Shown: positions 20,601 through 30,811 of the stretch, in pieces
How positions within the stretch are numbered: position 1 is the first letter of the stretch
Layout: every line of letters starts with the position of its first letter
Assembly (NCBI GenBank): GCA_965198175.1
Contig: OZ240245.1
Span: 4,736,001-4,800,000 of the forward strand
Source of the DNA: Candidatus Poribacteria bacterium
GTDB lineage: Bacteria > Poribacteria > WGA-4E > PCPOR2b
DNA: 64,000 nt
Direction: 5' to 3'
Made by a program: the position numbers and the translations under genes
The notes under the pieces: model-generated
Told to the model about the DNA's origin: nothing
Seen by the model: only the letters and a program-made list of their open reading frames with translations
Databases searched by the model: none

Positions 20601-21454
20601 CGGCGGTAGACCGGGAAATAAAAGAGCGGGATGCCGCCCACCTTCAACACGATGTTCTTGGCGATTAACTCTTTATTGACCTTGACTATGATTTTAGAGG
20701 CGCTGAAGTAGAAGTGAGGGTGTTTGAGCGAGCACGTAGTTAGCGAACCGCCGCGGATGTAAGACTCATCCGCTTCAACCTTGAAGATTTCCGATCCACG
20801 GTAATACCAGGGATCGCTATATGTAAATCCATCCCGCACGATTCCTTTTTTGTTTTCAAGATTGTAGACTAATTCGTTCGCGTGTGTTTCCTCATTTTCA
20901 ACGATGAGACGCACATTTCCAGCTGCACGCATGATATTTTCGTCAAAATCCGCCCAAATATGGTCTGCGTGTAGCACAACGTCCTCAAACTTGATGAGCC
21001 CATTGCCGTGAATCTGGACAGTATTGTCTTGGACGAATATCTCATCGCCATCTCCAATGACTTTGCCTTCTTCGGGGGAAGTATTCTCGGGATCAAGTTG
21101 GGACTTGCTCTTTTTTTCTTTGTCTAGGGAAGTCTCTTGGATGTCGGCAGGAGGTTTGGATAGTTTCTTAACATCCGTTGTGGAACCATCTCCATCAGCG
21201 ACAGGCGGGAGATTGTCTTGCGCGGCCAAAGCACAAACAGATGCAAGTGAGAAACAGGCGAGAAATGTTATTGATAATACGTGAAATGTAAAACGTGATG
21301 CATAGACTGTAAAGCGTAAAATGTAATGAGAAAACAGGAAAGCGGGAAATTGAGGAAGTGGAACCCAATTTTCCATCCATTGAAGCATCCACTCATTTGC
21401 GTTGTGACTTGTTAATCTTCCTTTCTTGTTTCTATTTTTTCCCCTCCCTTCCAT
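17606..21454 (-). CDS. lptD: LPS-assembly protein LptD homologue with inserted parvulin-type PPIase domains
   Basis: OstA-like N-domain (LHADHI..D....AAGNV, LVYNL), TTC...HPHF.F.A, GGIPLFYFP, and a C-terminal beta-barrel (RRNLHDW). Rotamase motifs lie between nt ~20420 and ~19270. Confidence 0.8.
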   Translation of the reverse strand: MEGRGKNRNKKGRLTSHNANEWMLQWMENWVPLPQFPAFLFSHYILRFTVYASRFTFHVLSITFLACFSLASVCALAAQDNLPPVADGDGSTTDVKKLSKPPADIQETSLDKEKKSKSQLDPENTSPEEGKVIGDGDEIFVQDNTVQIHGNGLIKFEDVVLHADHIWADFDENIMRAAGNVRLIVENEETHANELVYNLENKKGIVRDGFTYSDPWYYRGSEIFKVEADESYIRGGSLTTCSLKHPHFYFSASKIIVKVNKELIAKNIVLKVGGIPLFYFPVYRRDLRKDKVAKVIVKLGTDSYQGPFVSIILPLARRQRYDGALLLDQSARRGGGRGFEGKYRINDVKFQEILVPLPADATPTERANLEEKAEELSDRLEGEYDNFKLRQIFLEYKIAEEDVTRAYEKANEIYKQLQAEDADFAQIAQSSSDHQDTRYQGGDMGFLVRGEHDGDGELRLHPLLEEAVFRLQPGQISPILRTESAFHILNVEHAIEVYGEREIQVRRIDIAVEPSDETRQAIQATATEIQERASAGEAFDQLAAEYEEAEASRVNRGEWMPLNEMDNRWRYSVRRFEQPGEVTPPVKTDLGVYILQLIEKEPTPSFEDIARQFEAEWAALQAEKEIMKTQEYAKEQEEIEEEKSGKPQSENTQYAIRDTQSNDTVDSPEAETMDEEEEEVQVYQKHGFRGRWEMPRNVASQTQRLYRGESSRVIKTKKGYRLVRVDRKRTFRGDLLFLAQDQYSSSRKKPFRTGQRWTMRWGHTHTIYTPWDSREKGRRPVSWKGRVLWGARTFKEGLGENESTIDSFSIVTWGSGFSAVDKEDYDEDGNLKFSRKTIGEFLGRLEMKHALDLTGEGTTTLQKLPAFTISLSRMRFNRLPLFKTLNSGLTWVSNKLHTDRPILSMVAFPTLENTSFDLDTALGNFFRERVGNEKDVFLQTMDLGFDLRKQSTSQIMPNRELQLDVLFQSNLIWHSKDRAGNRNILRGVYSSRATVSNTLFRIYDISFVPGARRMRHQIDSRLKLDYQPPVEREEDNLYQFGPSTHFFERKNLSYIFRTSIEVKTRRSKSALRLLDFTTRLRVDFSERAKERNRKYELIESDFRVTPLASRKLTITMRTTHNPNESEIDGKRYKMVGFRSNLRYRRTKWHLSLGSSFTKRTGRARRNYTASWSYRPSRLLEFDFNVIYDWIEQQFYSQSIAIRRNLHDWNLTIRWNRRGIKRGISSDNVRQDFIFQINLIEESAASVGLGYDATTDTWGFRSLPAGVPYNAFSAGTTLGRSYF

Positions 21455-21470
21455 TCTGTGTCATCTCTCT

Positions 21471-22787
21471 TTATTCAATCAGTTTGATTTTAACGTATGC
21501 ACCCTTCAGTATCGTATCCGTGTAAGCCTGCCATCCCTCTTGAAATTTTTGCTCACGCAACACGATACGGATTTGGTCTTTTTCTGCCTCAGTAAGTTCG
21601 ACAGGAGATCGGGTGTCAACCATGAAGATGTGTAGCCCATACTTGGTTTTGAGCGGTGGACTATATTCTCCCACAGCAAGTTTCTCAATAACCTTCCGCG
21701 TTTCGGGAATCAAATCGCCGAGCGAACGCACACCAAGATCACCACCATCTGCTTTCGTTTCCAAATCGTCCGAATATTGTCCAACGAGTGTCTTGAAATT
21801 CGCGCCCTGATGTAATTCCTGTAGAATGAGATTAGCACGTTCGTACGCTTTCTGGATGGTTTCTTCACTCGGTTTCAGACGGATAACAAGATAGCGGAAC
21901 GCAATCGTTTGGTCAGTCTTACGCTCAACATTGAAGAGATAAATTCCATCATTCCCTTCGATAGGATGGCTAAGTTCACCGGGGTTTAGTGTAGAAAGCG
22001 CAATACGAAAAGGCTCGGAGAGATTTGCAACTTCTGCAATCGGCCACTGAATTAATTCGCCAACTTTCGATGAAGTAAGCTCCTGATTCTGTTCACCCAC
22101 CGAATAGCGGCGAGCAAGTTCTGCGAAATCCTTTCCAATTTTAATTTCCTGAAGGACAGACTCCATCTTTTGAAGTGCGGCTTGTCGATCGGCTTCACTC
22201 GCCCTGAAAGCAATGAAGATGTGCTTCAAATGCACTTCGTCTGTTTTCGTTGTAAATTGCTCCTGGTTTTCTTCAAAAAACTTCATGACATCTGCATCTC
22301 TGACCTGGAGTTTGGGCAAAACACGTTGCATCAAAAGCCGTTCCGCCATCAGGTTACGCTTTGCCTGCTCTCGAAAGGCAATCGGGGTGTACCCCTCTCT
22401 TTTCAACTGCGCGATGAACTCTTCTTCTGTCTCAACCTTTGCATTTCTCTTAAAGTTTTGGATGTATTGTTCCACTTCCTCATCTGTCACCTCAATTTTC
22501 AGGCTTAATGCAGTTTCTACAAGGAGCATTTGGCGAATCAGCCGGTCGAGCAACTCCGGGCGTTCCTGTTTCGCTCTTTCCAAAGCTTCGCGATGGCTGA
22601 AACGATGTGCGGTCTGCAGTTCCATAGCGCGTTGTTTCACAACGTTTTCGAGTTCCCAATTTGTAATTACGGTGTCGTTGACATAAGCAATAATTTCATC
22701 GAATGTCCGCGCTAGCAGAAAGTTAGGTCCTACTACTACTATAAATAACATCAGGAGAGCTTGGCGAAATAAAGTTGTGGAGTGCAT
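21471..22787 (-). CDS. surA: SurA-like periplasmic chaperone/PPIase
   Basis: Signal peptide; SurA N-domain (IIAYVNDTVITNWEL, LLDRLIRQMLL); two parvulin domains (FAELARRYS; SDD...GGDLG...YSPPLKTKYGLHI). ATG 22787 behind GGAGGT. Confidence 0.82.
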   Translation of the reverse strand: MHSTTLFRQALLMLFIVVVGPNFLLARTFDEIIAYVNDTVITNWELENVVKQRAMELQTAHRFSHREALERAKQERPELLDRLIRQMLLVETALSLKIEVTDEEVEQYIQNFKRNAKVETEEEFIAQLKREGYTPIAFREQAKRNLMAERLLMQRVLPKLQVRDADVMKFFEENQEQFTTKTDEVHLKHIFIAFRASEADRQAALQKMESVLQEIKIGKDFAELARRYSVGEQNQELTSSKVGELIQWPIAEVANLSEPFRIALSTLNPGELSHPIEGNDGIYLFNVERKTDQTIAFRYLVIRLKPSEETIQKAYERANLILQELHQGANFKTLVGQYSDDLETKADGGDLGVRSLGDLIPETRKVIEKLAVGEYSPPLKTKYGLHIFMVDTRSPVELTEAEKDQIRIVLREQKFQEGWQAYTDTILKGAYVKIKLIE

Positions 22788-22882
22788 GTAAAATGTACCT
22801 CCGTAAAATCTAATTCGAAATGTGTATTGGGCATAGGCGTTACGGGTTTCGTTCTCACCTAACACCTAATGCCCAACATACT

Positions 22883-23890
22883 TTACTGTTCCTCAGACAT
22901 GCCTTCACCCGAATCGTCAACGGAAGAAGATTCATCTTCAGTAGTTTCTTGTTCCGTGGCGGCTTCGACTTCCTTTGGTGCCCCTGGAATTCGATCGGTG
23001 TACGTTATAACCTTAGCTCGTTCGCGGAGTCGATCTATCCATGCTTGCATCAATTCCTTACGCGTGTCGCGTTTGACAGCTCTTTCCACGTTGCGGTGCA
23101 CATTTTCTTCCTCAAGTTCTTGTTGGCGTTCTTGTTTATTTTCATCTTTCCGGAAAATCATATAATATGGTCGCCCAAATTCGATAACAATGAGTTCGTC
23201 ACTTGTCTGACCGACCTCCAGATCGAACGCCACATTGACAAAAGGTTGTGCCTCTTCTGGATAGGAGCGGCGTGAAAAGTAACCGGTTGCGCCGGGGTCC
23301 GCAGGGTTTGCCCCTGGCCCTTCCATTTCACCCCTGTCTAACAGTTCTTTGGCAACTTCAACAATATCTCTGCCGTCTTTAATCTGCTGAAGCACTTCCT
23401 CGGCGCGGGCTTTATTTGCAACGGCAATAGCAATCCCCCGTACCTGCTCAGGCTCAACAAATCTGTCTTTATTCTCTTCGTAGTAAAGCCTATAGTCCTC
23501 TTCGGTCGTTTTTAGCTGCTGATCAACTTCGAGTTCGGTAAGCCTATCAACCATCAATTCGTGAAGATAATCGTGCACTTTTTTCAGAATTTCCGCATCT
23601 TCATCGAGTTTTTGATCCTTTGCAAGGCAGAGTATCAAACGACTCTCCGCCATAAGGGTCATATATTCTTTTAGTTCCTCCTTCTCTTTGTACTGTCGTT
23701 TTTTGTAGTCGGGGAGTTCGTTAATCTCCGCTATCATCTCTTCAAGTGTGATTTGATGTTTACCATCCCATTCAAACTCTGCAATCACTGTACCGTCTGC
23801 GCCCGTTGCTTTTCCTCCACATCCACTGAAAGCGATGTTGAGCGCAAACCCGCTAAGCAAAATGCAACCTATACTTCTGAGTATTTTCAC
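22883..23890 (-). CDS. PrsA/PpiC-type peptidyl-prolyl isomerase lipoprotein
   Basis: Lipobox FSGC; YYEENKDRF.EPEQV, AEEVLQQIKDG, F..VAF.LEVGQTS. GTG start at 23890 is inferred from the RBS. Confidence 0.75.
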   Translation of the reverse strand: MKILRSIGCILLSGFALNIAFSGCGGKATGADGTVIAEFEWDGKHQITLEEMIAEINELPDYKKRQYKEKEELKEYMTLMAESRLILCLAKDQKLDEDAEILKKVHDYLHELMVDRLTELEVDQQLKTTEEDYRLYYEENKDRFVEPEQVRGIAIAVANKARAEEVLQQIKDGRDIVEVAKELLDRGEMEGPGANPADPGATGYFSRRSYPEEAQPFVNVAFDLEVGQTSDELIVIEFGRPYYMIFRKDENKQERQQELEEENVHRNVERAVKRDTRKELMQAWIDRLRERAKVITYTDRIPGAPKEVEAATEQETTEDESSSVDDSGEGMSEEQ

Positions 23891-23976
23891 AATTATGCCC
23901 CCTTTATTGTACTTTTTGGATTTCGTCACACGAAATGAGTAAATACTCTTATGGCGACGAATTCTGCATTTACGTT

Positions 23977-24978
23977 TTACATTTCCTCAGATTTTTCTTC
24001 CGTAGCTTCTTCCTCCGCCGGAGAGGTTTCCTCTTCACTTTCTTCATCCGGTGGAAGCTCGATAATACGTTCTGGGTAAGTCTTGAGTTTACCTTCGGTT
24101 GTAAACGCTTCAACCCACCCTTTGATTCGTTGTCGTTTCTTTTCGCGTTCTACTTGCCGTTCAACGCGACTTCGGACTTCATCTAACTCTTTTTGGCGTT
24201 CAGGTCTGTGATCTCTTTTGCGGAAAATCGTGAAGTAAGTCTTATCACGGACATCAGTTTCAAAGACCTCTTGAGTCATTTCACCAATTTCCATTTCAAA
24301 GAGGGCATCAATAAGCTCACTCCAATCATTAGACTCATCTCGAGAGAAAAAGCGAGTACGCCCAGGCTCCTCTTCGTTGACTCCGGGGCCCTCCAATTCA
24401 CCAACTTCCCAGAGTTCCTTCGCCATTTCGACGATGTCTCTACCGCCTTTAATCTTCTCCAATACTTCTTGTGCCCGGTCTTCATCTAGTAGGGCAATAC
24501 AAGTTGCTTGGACCTCAGGATCATCAATGTATTCATCTTTATTTGCCTTGTAATACTGCTTGATGTCTTCCTCCGTATAGGAGATTTTCTTATCAACCTC
24601 ATTTTCCGTTAGCCGTTCGACCATGAGCTGGTGTTTATAGTCCTCTACCTTTTTAAGGAACCCCTCGTCTTTATCGAATTCCTTCTCAATAGCCGTGAGG
24701 AGTTTCAGCTTTTCGGAGATCAATTCGTCCAGATACTCCGCCTTACCTGCTCTATTTTTGTACTTCTCTTGACGGTGGGGTGGCAACTCCCCAATCGCTG
24801 CCTTCAAATCGGCTAGCGAGATCTGCTTCGGGTTGCCCTCCCAGTTGTATTCCGCCACAATAACTTGCCTTTCATTTACAGACTCTGCGGAAGAATCCGA
24901 ATCCTGCGACTGAACAACCCGCCAAGCGGTTAAACATATTGCCGCAACCACAGCTAAAACACTCAACGTTTTCTTCAT
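23977..24978 (-). CDS. PrsA/PpiC-type peptidyl-prolyl isomerase (paralogue of the adjacent gene)
   Basis: Signal peptide; visibly similar to 22883-23890 (AEYNWEG vs AEFEWDG, GRDIVE.AKEL, GELEGPG vs GEMEGPG, ERQ.EL). Confidence 0.75.
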   Translation of the reverse strand: MKKTLSVLAVVAAICLTAWRVVQSQDSDSSAESVNERQVIVAEYNWEGNPKQISLADLKAAIGELPPHRQEKYKNRAGKAEYLDELISEKLKLLTAIEKEFDKDEGFLKKVEDYKHQLMVERLTENEVDKKISYTEEDIKQYYKANKDEYIDDPEVQATCIALLDEDRAQEVLEKIKGGRDIVEMAKELWEVGELEGPGVNEEEPGRTRFFSRDESNDWSELIDALFEMEIGEMTQEVFETDVRDKTYFTIFRKRDHRPERQKELDEVRSRVERQVEREKKRQRIKGWVEAFTTEGKLKTYPERIIELPPDEESEEETSPAEEEATEEKSEEM

Positions 24979-25345
24979 TGCGTGTTTCTCCTTTCTATAT
25001 TTAGGATTGGGTGTTAGGTGTAGGTAGGCTGTTAATGCCTGAGCCTTGCACCTGCTTTACAGCCCTCTCATTCACAGAACAAGAGACCAAGTGAAAATGT
25101 AGATCTGCCCTGATTGCATCGGGGCGCCAAGAACATGCCACTTCTCCTCGTAAAGATTGATTTGAAATTGCCCGTTGTTCGCGGGTTATGACATCTGCAC
25201 GCCACGGGAATTGAGAGGAAAACCCAACTCCTTCAACGAGCATTTACCCGAATTCGGGCAATTATCAGGGACTTCAGAAACATCAACAATAGAATCTCGA
25301 TTAGCAAAAAGGTAGTCGCTGCTGTAAATCTATCACGTCACGACA

Positions 25346-28300
25346 TCATTTGAACGCTCTGACGAGGATTCGCCTGAGGGCGAGTAAGAGGGGTTTGCCG
25401 ATCAATCCCTTTGTATTGACCATCAGACGACCAGGCGGTGAAAGCGAGAGTCGTCTATCCCCTTGAATCACCTTAACCAGCTTACTGGGGTCAATTCTCG
25501 ACTTCGTTTCATCCAACGTAATCTTGACATTGTCGCCCCCTGAGATAATTTCATCAACACCAAGTGCCTGACATAGTTGTTTAAGTTCAGCAATTTCAAG
25601 CAACATCTCGACAGGTTCAGGAATATTACCATATCGATCAACAATTTCTTCTGAAAGACTTTTTCGATCCGCTTCTGTCCTCAAAGCGGCAATTTTCTTA
25701 TAGAGTGAAACCTTCTGCCGACTGTCGGGCACATACTCATTGGGTAAATAGGCTTCGACAGGCAAGCTGATTCGCGTTTCGACCAGTTCCTCAATTTTTT
25801 CACCCTTAAGCTTGCGTACAGCTTCTTCCAGCAACCTGCAGTACATATCATAGCCAACCGCAGCGATATGGCCGTGTTGCTGGGGGCCAAGAACATTCCC
25901 GGTTCCACGAATTTCGAGATCTCTAAGTGCGATCTTGAATCCTGACCCAAGATCGGTAAACTCCTCAACAACTCGCAGCCGTTTCTGCGCATTCTCGGTA
26001 ATCGCACGCCCCTGTGGGTAGAAAAGGTAACCGTAGGCTTGATTCTGAGCGCGTCCGACCCGCCCGCGCAGTTGATAAAGCTGCGCCAATCCCAGTGCGT
26101 CAGCACGGTTAATCAGAATCGTATTGACGTTAGGAATATCAAGCCCCGATTCGATAATCATGGTGCACACCAAAACGTCGGATTCGTGGTTAATAAAATC
26201 TATCATCACTTTTTCTAGTTCACGCTCGGACATCTGTCCATGCGCTACGCTCACCCGGGCTTGCGGCACAAGGTCTTGAACTGCAACAGCAATAGTTGCG
26301 ATGCTCTGGACACGATTGTGGACAAAAAAGACCTGTCCACCCCGCTCCATCTCGCGTAAAATCGCATCTCTTGCCACATCGGGATTGTATTCCATCACGT
26401 AGGTCTCAATCGGCAGACGATTTTCAGGGGGTGTGTTAATCACACTAAAGTCGCGGATACCGATTAGGGACATATGTAGTGTACGTGGAATCGGCGTTGC
26501 TGTCAAGGTGATGACATCAATCACTTGCTTAATCTGCTTGATTTTCTCTTTATGTTTGACACCAAAGCGATGCTCTTCATCAATTACCAGCAGACCTAAA
26601 TCGTGAAACTTGAGGCTATCCGACAGTAAGCTATGGGTGCCGATGACAATGTCAACCGTACCTTTTTCTAAACCTGCTTTCACCATTTTCGATTCTTTAT
26701 TCACTCGGAAGCGCGTCAGCATTTCGACACTAACGGGAAAGGGTTCAAATCGCTTCTGAAACGTGTTAAAATGTTGTAGTGCGAGAACTGTCGTCGGCAC
26801 GAGAACAGCAGCTTGTTTACCATCCATTACCGCCTTAAACGCCGCTCGAAGCGCAACTTCTGTCTTGCCATATCCCACATCTCCGCAGATTAACCGATCC
26901 GTTGGGAGTGACCGCTCCATATCCTCTTTTACTTCTTCAATCGCTTGAAGTTGATCGGGAGTTTCTTCATAAGGAAACATCGCCTCAAATTCCCGCTGCC
27001 AAGATGTATCCGGCGAAAAAACATACCCTTCTCGCGCTTCACGAATTGCATAGAGTTGAAGTAGTTCTTCCGCCATTTGTTCGATAGACGCTTTCACCCT
27101 GGATTTAATCCGCTGCCACGATGTCCCACCAAGTTTGTCTAGTCGAGGGTCCTTGCTCTCATCATCTCCACCGATATACTTTTGAACGAGATTAATCTGG
27201 TGAGTGGGAACGTAAAGTATATCGCCGCCCGCATAGTTCAGAACCAAAAAATCCTGAGGCTTTCCGTCAATATCCAAGCGGCGAATGCCTGCATAGATAG
27301 CGATTCCATGCGATACATGTACAACATAGTCGCCCTCTTTGAGATCAATCAAATTCAGAATCGGTGCGCCTTCTTTGAAATCGGTGGGACGGCGCCGCCG
27401 ACACTCACGACCAAACACCTCATCATCAGTAATGACAACGAACTTATGTTCCTTACTGAGAAACCCCTCGCTGATGCTGCCAATCTCTACAGCAGTTTGG
27501 GCTGTGAGCAACTTTCGATCCGCCAGAATTTCACTCATCCGATTGGCGCCCGCAGAATTGTCACAGAAGATGTTAACAAAATAGCCTTCATCCGTCCACC
27601 CTTTGATCTGGTCCATGACCATCTGAAGGTTCCCACGATGCACTCCTGGTGAACGCATACCAAAGTCGATTTCGGCGATACGCTCACCCAAAGCGAGTTT
27701 GGGGCGCGCCAACGATGTGCGAATCAAGGGATAACGCTGTAAAGCGGGGATGACTGATTCAAAGGGTGCAAATGTCTCATTGGATGGAGTCATGAATCGA
27801 TCTTGTTCCAGCTTTCTCTCGTAAAGCACCTTCGCTTGCTCGATGGTTCGCTTTCCCTCTCTTATCACCCAGGCTGGTTCGACGAGAATGACAATCGTCG
27901 ACCTGGAAAGATAATCGGTAAGAAGGCTAGGATTCGGGTATAACATTGGAAGAAGAGATTCAATTCCTTCCAGATCCGTCCCGTCCTCAAGGCGTTGCGT
28001 TATTTCATGAATCGCGTTTCTATATTTCGGCGATGGATTCGTTTCAACTAATTCATCTGCGCGTGTTTTCCACAAAGTAAGCGCATCGGGCGTCAAGATG
28101 ACCTCACGCATTGGACTCAAGACAATTGATTTCAGGTCCGCTATGGATCGCTGTGAGGACAGGTCAAAGGTGCGAATAGCATCAATTTTGTCGCCCCAAA
28201 AATCAATGCGGATGGGGTTATCAGCAATCAACGGATAAACGTCCAAAATATCACCACGACGCGCAAACTCTCCTTTGACCTCAACGAGGCTAACCCGTTC

Positions 28301-28879
28301 ATAGCCACCGCGCAGGAGCAACGCGATGATTTCATCGGGCGCGGTTTCGTCACCAACCCGTAAGGTTTCGAAAAAAGCAGATAAAACCGATTTGGGAGCA
28401 ATCCGGTGCATTAACGCCTTAATTGATGTGACGGTAGTCGTACAATGACCCTCCAGCAAATGACGCAAACAGGTCATTCGCTCCGCAACAATTTCCTTGG
28501 TCGGGGAAATGCCTTCATAGAAGAAGTTTCGCCACTCCGGGAAAAACAGAGCGTCCTCAAAACCGTAGGCAGGGATATCCTGAACAACTTTTTCAGCCTC
28601 ATGATGTGAAGGGAGGACAACGAGGAAAGACGCGTTGGGAAGATCCGATGCAAGTGTACTTAGTAAGTAGGCAACTGATGTACCATGCAACCCTGTCAAC
28701 CATGGAGCGCTCAATGTAAGATTATTGGGATTGTCGCTGCAAGTCATCCCATCATTTAGCGTGGGGAATTGTTCTGGCTGGGTGAGCGGGTCAGTTTGAT
28801 GTGCAGAAGTTTTATGGATGTTAGATAGAATTTTAACAAGAGATTGATAGCTATCCGTCCGACGAAGATAATCTTTCAT
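25346..28879 (-). CDS. mfd: transcription-repair coupling factor
   Basis: [68 protein letters not shown]-terminal TRCF domain. Confidence 0.97.
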   Translation of the reverse strand: MKDYLRRTDSYQSLVKILSNIHKTSAHQTDPLTQPEQFPTLNDGMTCSDNPNNLTLSAPWLTGLHGTSVAYLLSTLASDLPNASFLVVLPSHHEAEKVVQDIPAYGFEDALFFPEWRNFFYEGISPTKEIVAERMTCLRHLLEGHCTTTVTSIKALMHRIAPKSVLSAFFETLRVGDETAPDEIIALLLRGGYERVSLVEVKGEFARRGDILDVYPLIADNPIRIDFWGDKIDAIRTFDLSSQRSIADLKSIVLSPMREVILTPDALTLWKTRADELVETNPSPKYRNAIHEITQRLEDGTDLEGIESLLPMLYPNPSLLTDYLSRSTIVILVEPAWVIREGKRTIEQAKVLYERKLEQDRFMTPSNETFAPFESVIPALQRYPLIRTSLARPKLALGERIAEIDFGMRSPGVHRGNLQMVMDQIKGWTDEGYFVNIFCDNSAGANRMSEILADRKLLTAQTAVEIGSISEGFLSKEHKFVVITDDEVFGRECRRRRPTDFKEGAPILNLIDLKEGDYVVHVSHGIAIYAGIRRLDIDGKPQDFLVLNYAGGDILYVPTHQINLVQKYIGGDDESKDPRLDKLGGTSWQRIKSRVKASIEQMAEELLQLYAIREAREGYVFSPDTSWQREFEAMFPYEETPDQLQAIEEVKEDMERSLPTDRLICGDVGYGKTEVALRAAFKAVMDGKQAAVLVPTTVLALQHFNTFQKRFEPFPVSVEMLTRFRVNKESKMVKAGLEKGTVDIVIGTHSLLSDSLKFHDLGLLVIDEEHRFGVKHKEKIKQIKQVIDVITLTATPIPRTLHMSLIGIRDFSVINTPPENRLPIETYVMEYNPDVARDAILREMERGGQVFFVHNRVQSIATIAVAVQDLVPQARVSVAHGQMSERELEKVMIDFINHESDVLVCTMIIESGLDIPNVNTILINRADALGLAQLYQLRGRVGRAQNQAYGYLFYPQGRAITENAQKRLRVVEEFTDLGSGFKIALRDLEIRGTGNVLGPQQHGHIAAVGYDMYCRLLEEAVRKLKGEKIEELVETRISLPVEAYLPNEYVPDSRQKVSLYKKIAALRTEADRKSLSEEIVDRYGNIPEPVEMLLEIAELKQLCQALGVDEIISGGDNVKITLDETKSRIDPSKLVKVIQGDRRLSLSPPGRLMVNTKGLIGKPLLLALRRILVRAFK

Positions 28880-28920
28880 AATGTATTACGAATCCACCGA
28901 ATCCAAGCGGAGGAAGCGGC

Positions 28921-29682
28921 TTACCTCAATCTTTTACCTAAATCAACCTCTTCAAGCGTACCGATTAGCTTACCAATTCGGGTTTCTGCTTCGATTCGAA
29001 CAGGAATACGGCGATCGTCATTCGTGAGCCAAATCAGATAGCCGTGTGAGGTACGTATCGCCAACGTCTCTATACGCCCTAACGCTTCTGATTTCATCAT
29101 TTCACGCCGATAGATAGTGACTGTGACATCCTGGGGTTTATCCTTAACCAGTACAGGAAAAACGCAGGTCTGACCAACGTTAAACTCCTTTGATCGCAGG
29201 AAGTAAACCATCGACAATTCATCCTGTATACCGATTGGGACTTCAAAGACTTTACCGTTCTCATTTTTGGTATACTGGGCAATCCCTTTCTCAATGTCGA
29301 AATCAATTTCGACATGTGCTCGGTATTTTCGATCCTCAAGGTCTTTCACATGTCGCAGAGGGTGTAGTTGATCGGTTGTAACGTAGCTCTCCTGCCAATC
29401 CCTAAAGTGATAAAGTTTTCCAAAGACACTATCTGTCTGGGAATCTGAAACGAGGCGGTAAACTTGGCGCCCATTCAACATTGTCTTATCTGTGACTTGG
29501 GTAACCTGTTTTCCAGCGGACAATCCAGCAATTTTGACATTGTAAGTGAGAATTTCGCCAACTGTGAATGGGCATTGCTTAAGGTTTGCGGATTCAAGCA
29601 ACGAATGGGTTGGCAAAGCCATCAGGGATAGATTCAGACACAAAAAAAACCAGACAGAAAGTAGGGTTTTCGCATGGTGCAT
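28921..29682 (-). CDS. DUF3108 family exported protein
   Basis: Signal peptide; PF.VGE.LTY.V, QDELSMVYFLR, IWLTNDDRRIPVRI. Confidence 0.75.
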   Translation of the reverse strand: MHHAKTLLSVWFFLCLNLSLMALPTHSLLESANLKQCPFTVGEILTYNVKIAGLSAGKQVTQVTDKTMLNGRQVYRLVSDSQTDSVFGKLYHFRDWQESYVTTDQLHPLRHVKDLEDRKYRAHVEIDFDIEKGIAQYTKNENGKVFEVPIGIQDELSMVYFLRSKEFNVGQTCVFPVLVKDKPQDVTVTIYRREMMKSEALGRIETLAIRTSHGYLIWLTNDDRRIPVRIEAETRIGKLIGTLEEVDLGKRLR

Positions 29683-29915
29683 TATCTGAATCTCCTAAAA
29701 GTAATATGTTCCCATGTTGATGAAGTTTATCCTTACAATATAGTTTTGTTGCGCATGGGCTGGAAATCTTCGCCTATTGTAATGCTTGACCATTTCACCG
29801 ACGTCAATACGTAAAACGTGAATCTCGCATTTTTCTTTACTACGATTCGCTCTGTTCTATCGTCCCGTATATCTTTGCGTTTCCTCACAAAATCACCAAC
29901 TTTAGCCATTGTTAG

Positions 29916-30734
29916 CTAACGATGTAAAGGCGGGGCAAGTTCCGGGTTATCCGGGTCAATCTGGTATGCCCAGTCAAAAGTAACCGCATTGTCTGAAATC
30001 GCAACAACATGAATCTTGGCATAATTTCTGTCAGGAGTATAAAAAATATAAACGTGACCTTCAATCAGCTCAACAAATTCGGTAGTGAACCCTAAGAAGG
30101 GTGACACATCAACCTCGTCGAAAGCTTCGTGGTAACCCATGTCTTGCATTTCAGTTAAATTATCAGAATATAGATAGGGAACAGTAAACGACACGTCAAA
30201 TTCAGAAAAAATCTCAGTCAGTCCAAAATAGACATCCGTCGTTGGTGAGTCCCATGGAATCGCGCCCCTTTCAGGTTGAGAAAAATCAAAACCACTCTGT
30301 TTCGGAAGAAGTGAAAAGTCATTCAATGTCACATTATTACCCGACGGACGCGGAGTATCAGAGATATTTTCTGGGCTTAACTCGCTTTCGTTACCGTCGA
30401 AGTCCAAGGCTGAAACAGCGTAATAATAGGTGATGCCATTTTGGACATCTCGATCAACGTACCGAAATTCATCTGCAGAAACTCTTTCCAGCAAATTGAA
30501 GGTCTCATTATCCCGGCTCCGCCACATCTTATACCCAGCGAGATCGCTTTCACCGTTGGGGAACCATTCAATCGTCACCTGACCATTTCCAGTGATACTC
30601 TCCACACCTCGTGGAATAGCAGGGGGTTCTATATCTGGTTCAACAGAATCGTCTGAAGAACCACACCCGATACTCATCAGAAACGAACTCATCAGAAAAA
30701 GTCGTATCAGAATTCGGTATGCTTGTGTCAACAT
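29916..30734 (-). CDS. lipoprotein with fibronectin type III domain and HmuY-like C-terminal region
   Basis: Lipobox SIGC; Fn3 motif ESDLAGY...YVD..V.NG.TYYYAVSA.D..GNES; C-terminal HVYIF.T.D.NYAK...TFDWAYQ. ATG 30734 behind GGAGGAG. Confidence 0.7.
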   Translation of the reverse strand: MLTQAYRILIRLFLMSSFLMSIGCGSSDDSVEPDIEPPAIPRGVESITGNGQVTIEWFPNGESDLAGYKMWRSRDNETFNLLERVSADEFRYVDRDVQNGITYYYAVSALDFDGNESELSPENISDTPRPSGNNVTLNDFSLLPKQSGFDFSQPERGAIPWDSPTTDVYFGLTEIFSEFDVSFTVPYLYSDNLTEMQDMGYHEAFDEVDVSPFLGFTTEFVELIEGHVYIFYTPDRNYAKIHVVAISDNAVTFDWAYQIDPDNPELAPPLHR

Positions 30735-30795
30735 AGGTTTTTCTCCTCCAAGCGGATTGTGTTTTTCGACATTACTTGTGATAACGCTATGCTGA

Positions 30796-30811
30796 AGCAA
30801 GCTTTGTGCCA
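30796..30811 (-). promoter_or_regulatory. sigma54 (-24/-12) promoter
   Basis: Minus strand TGGCAC-AAAGC-TTGCT matches TGGCAC-N5-TTGC and lies about 60 nt upstream of the Fn3 lipoprotein start. Confidence 0.7.
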
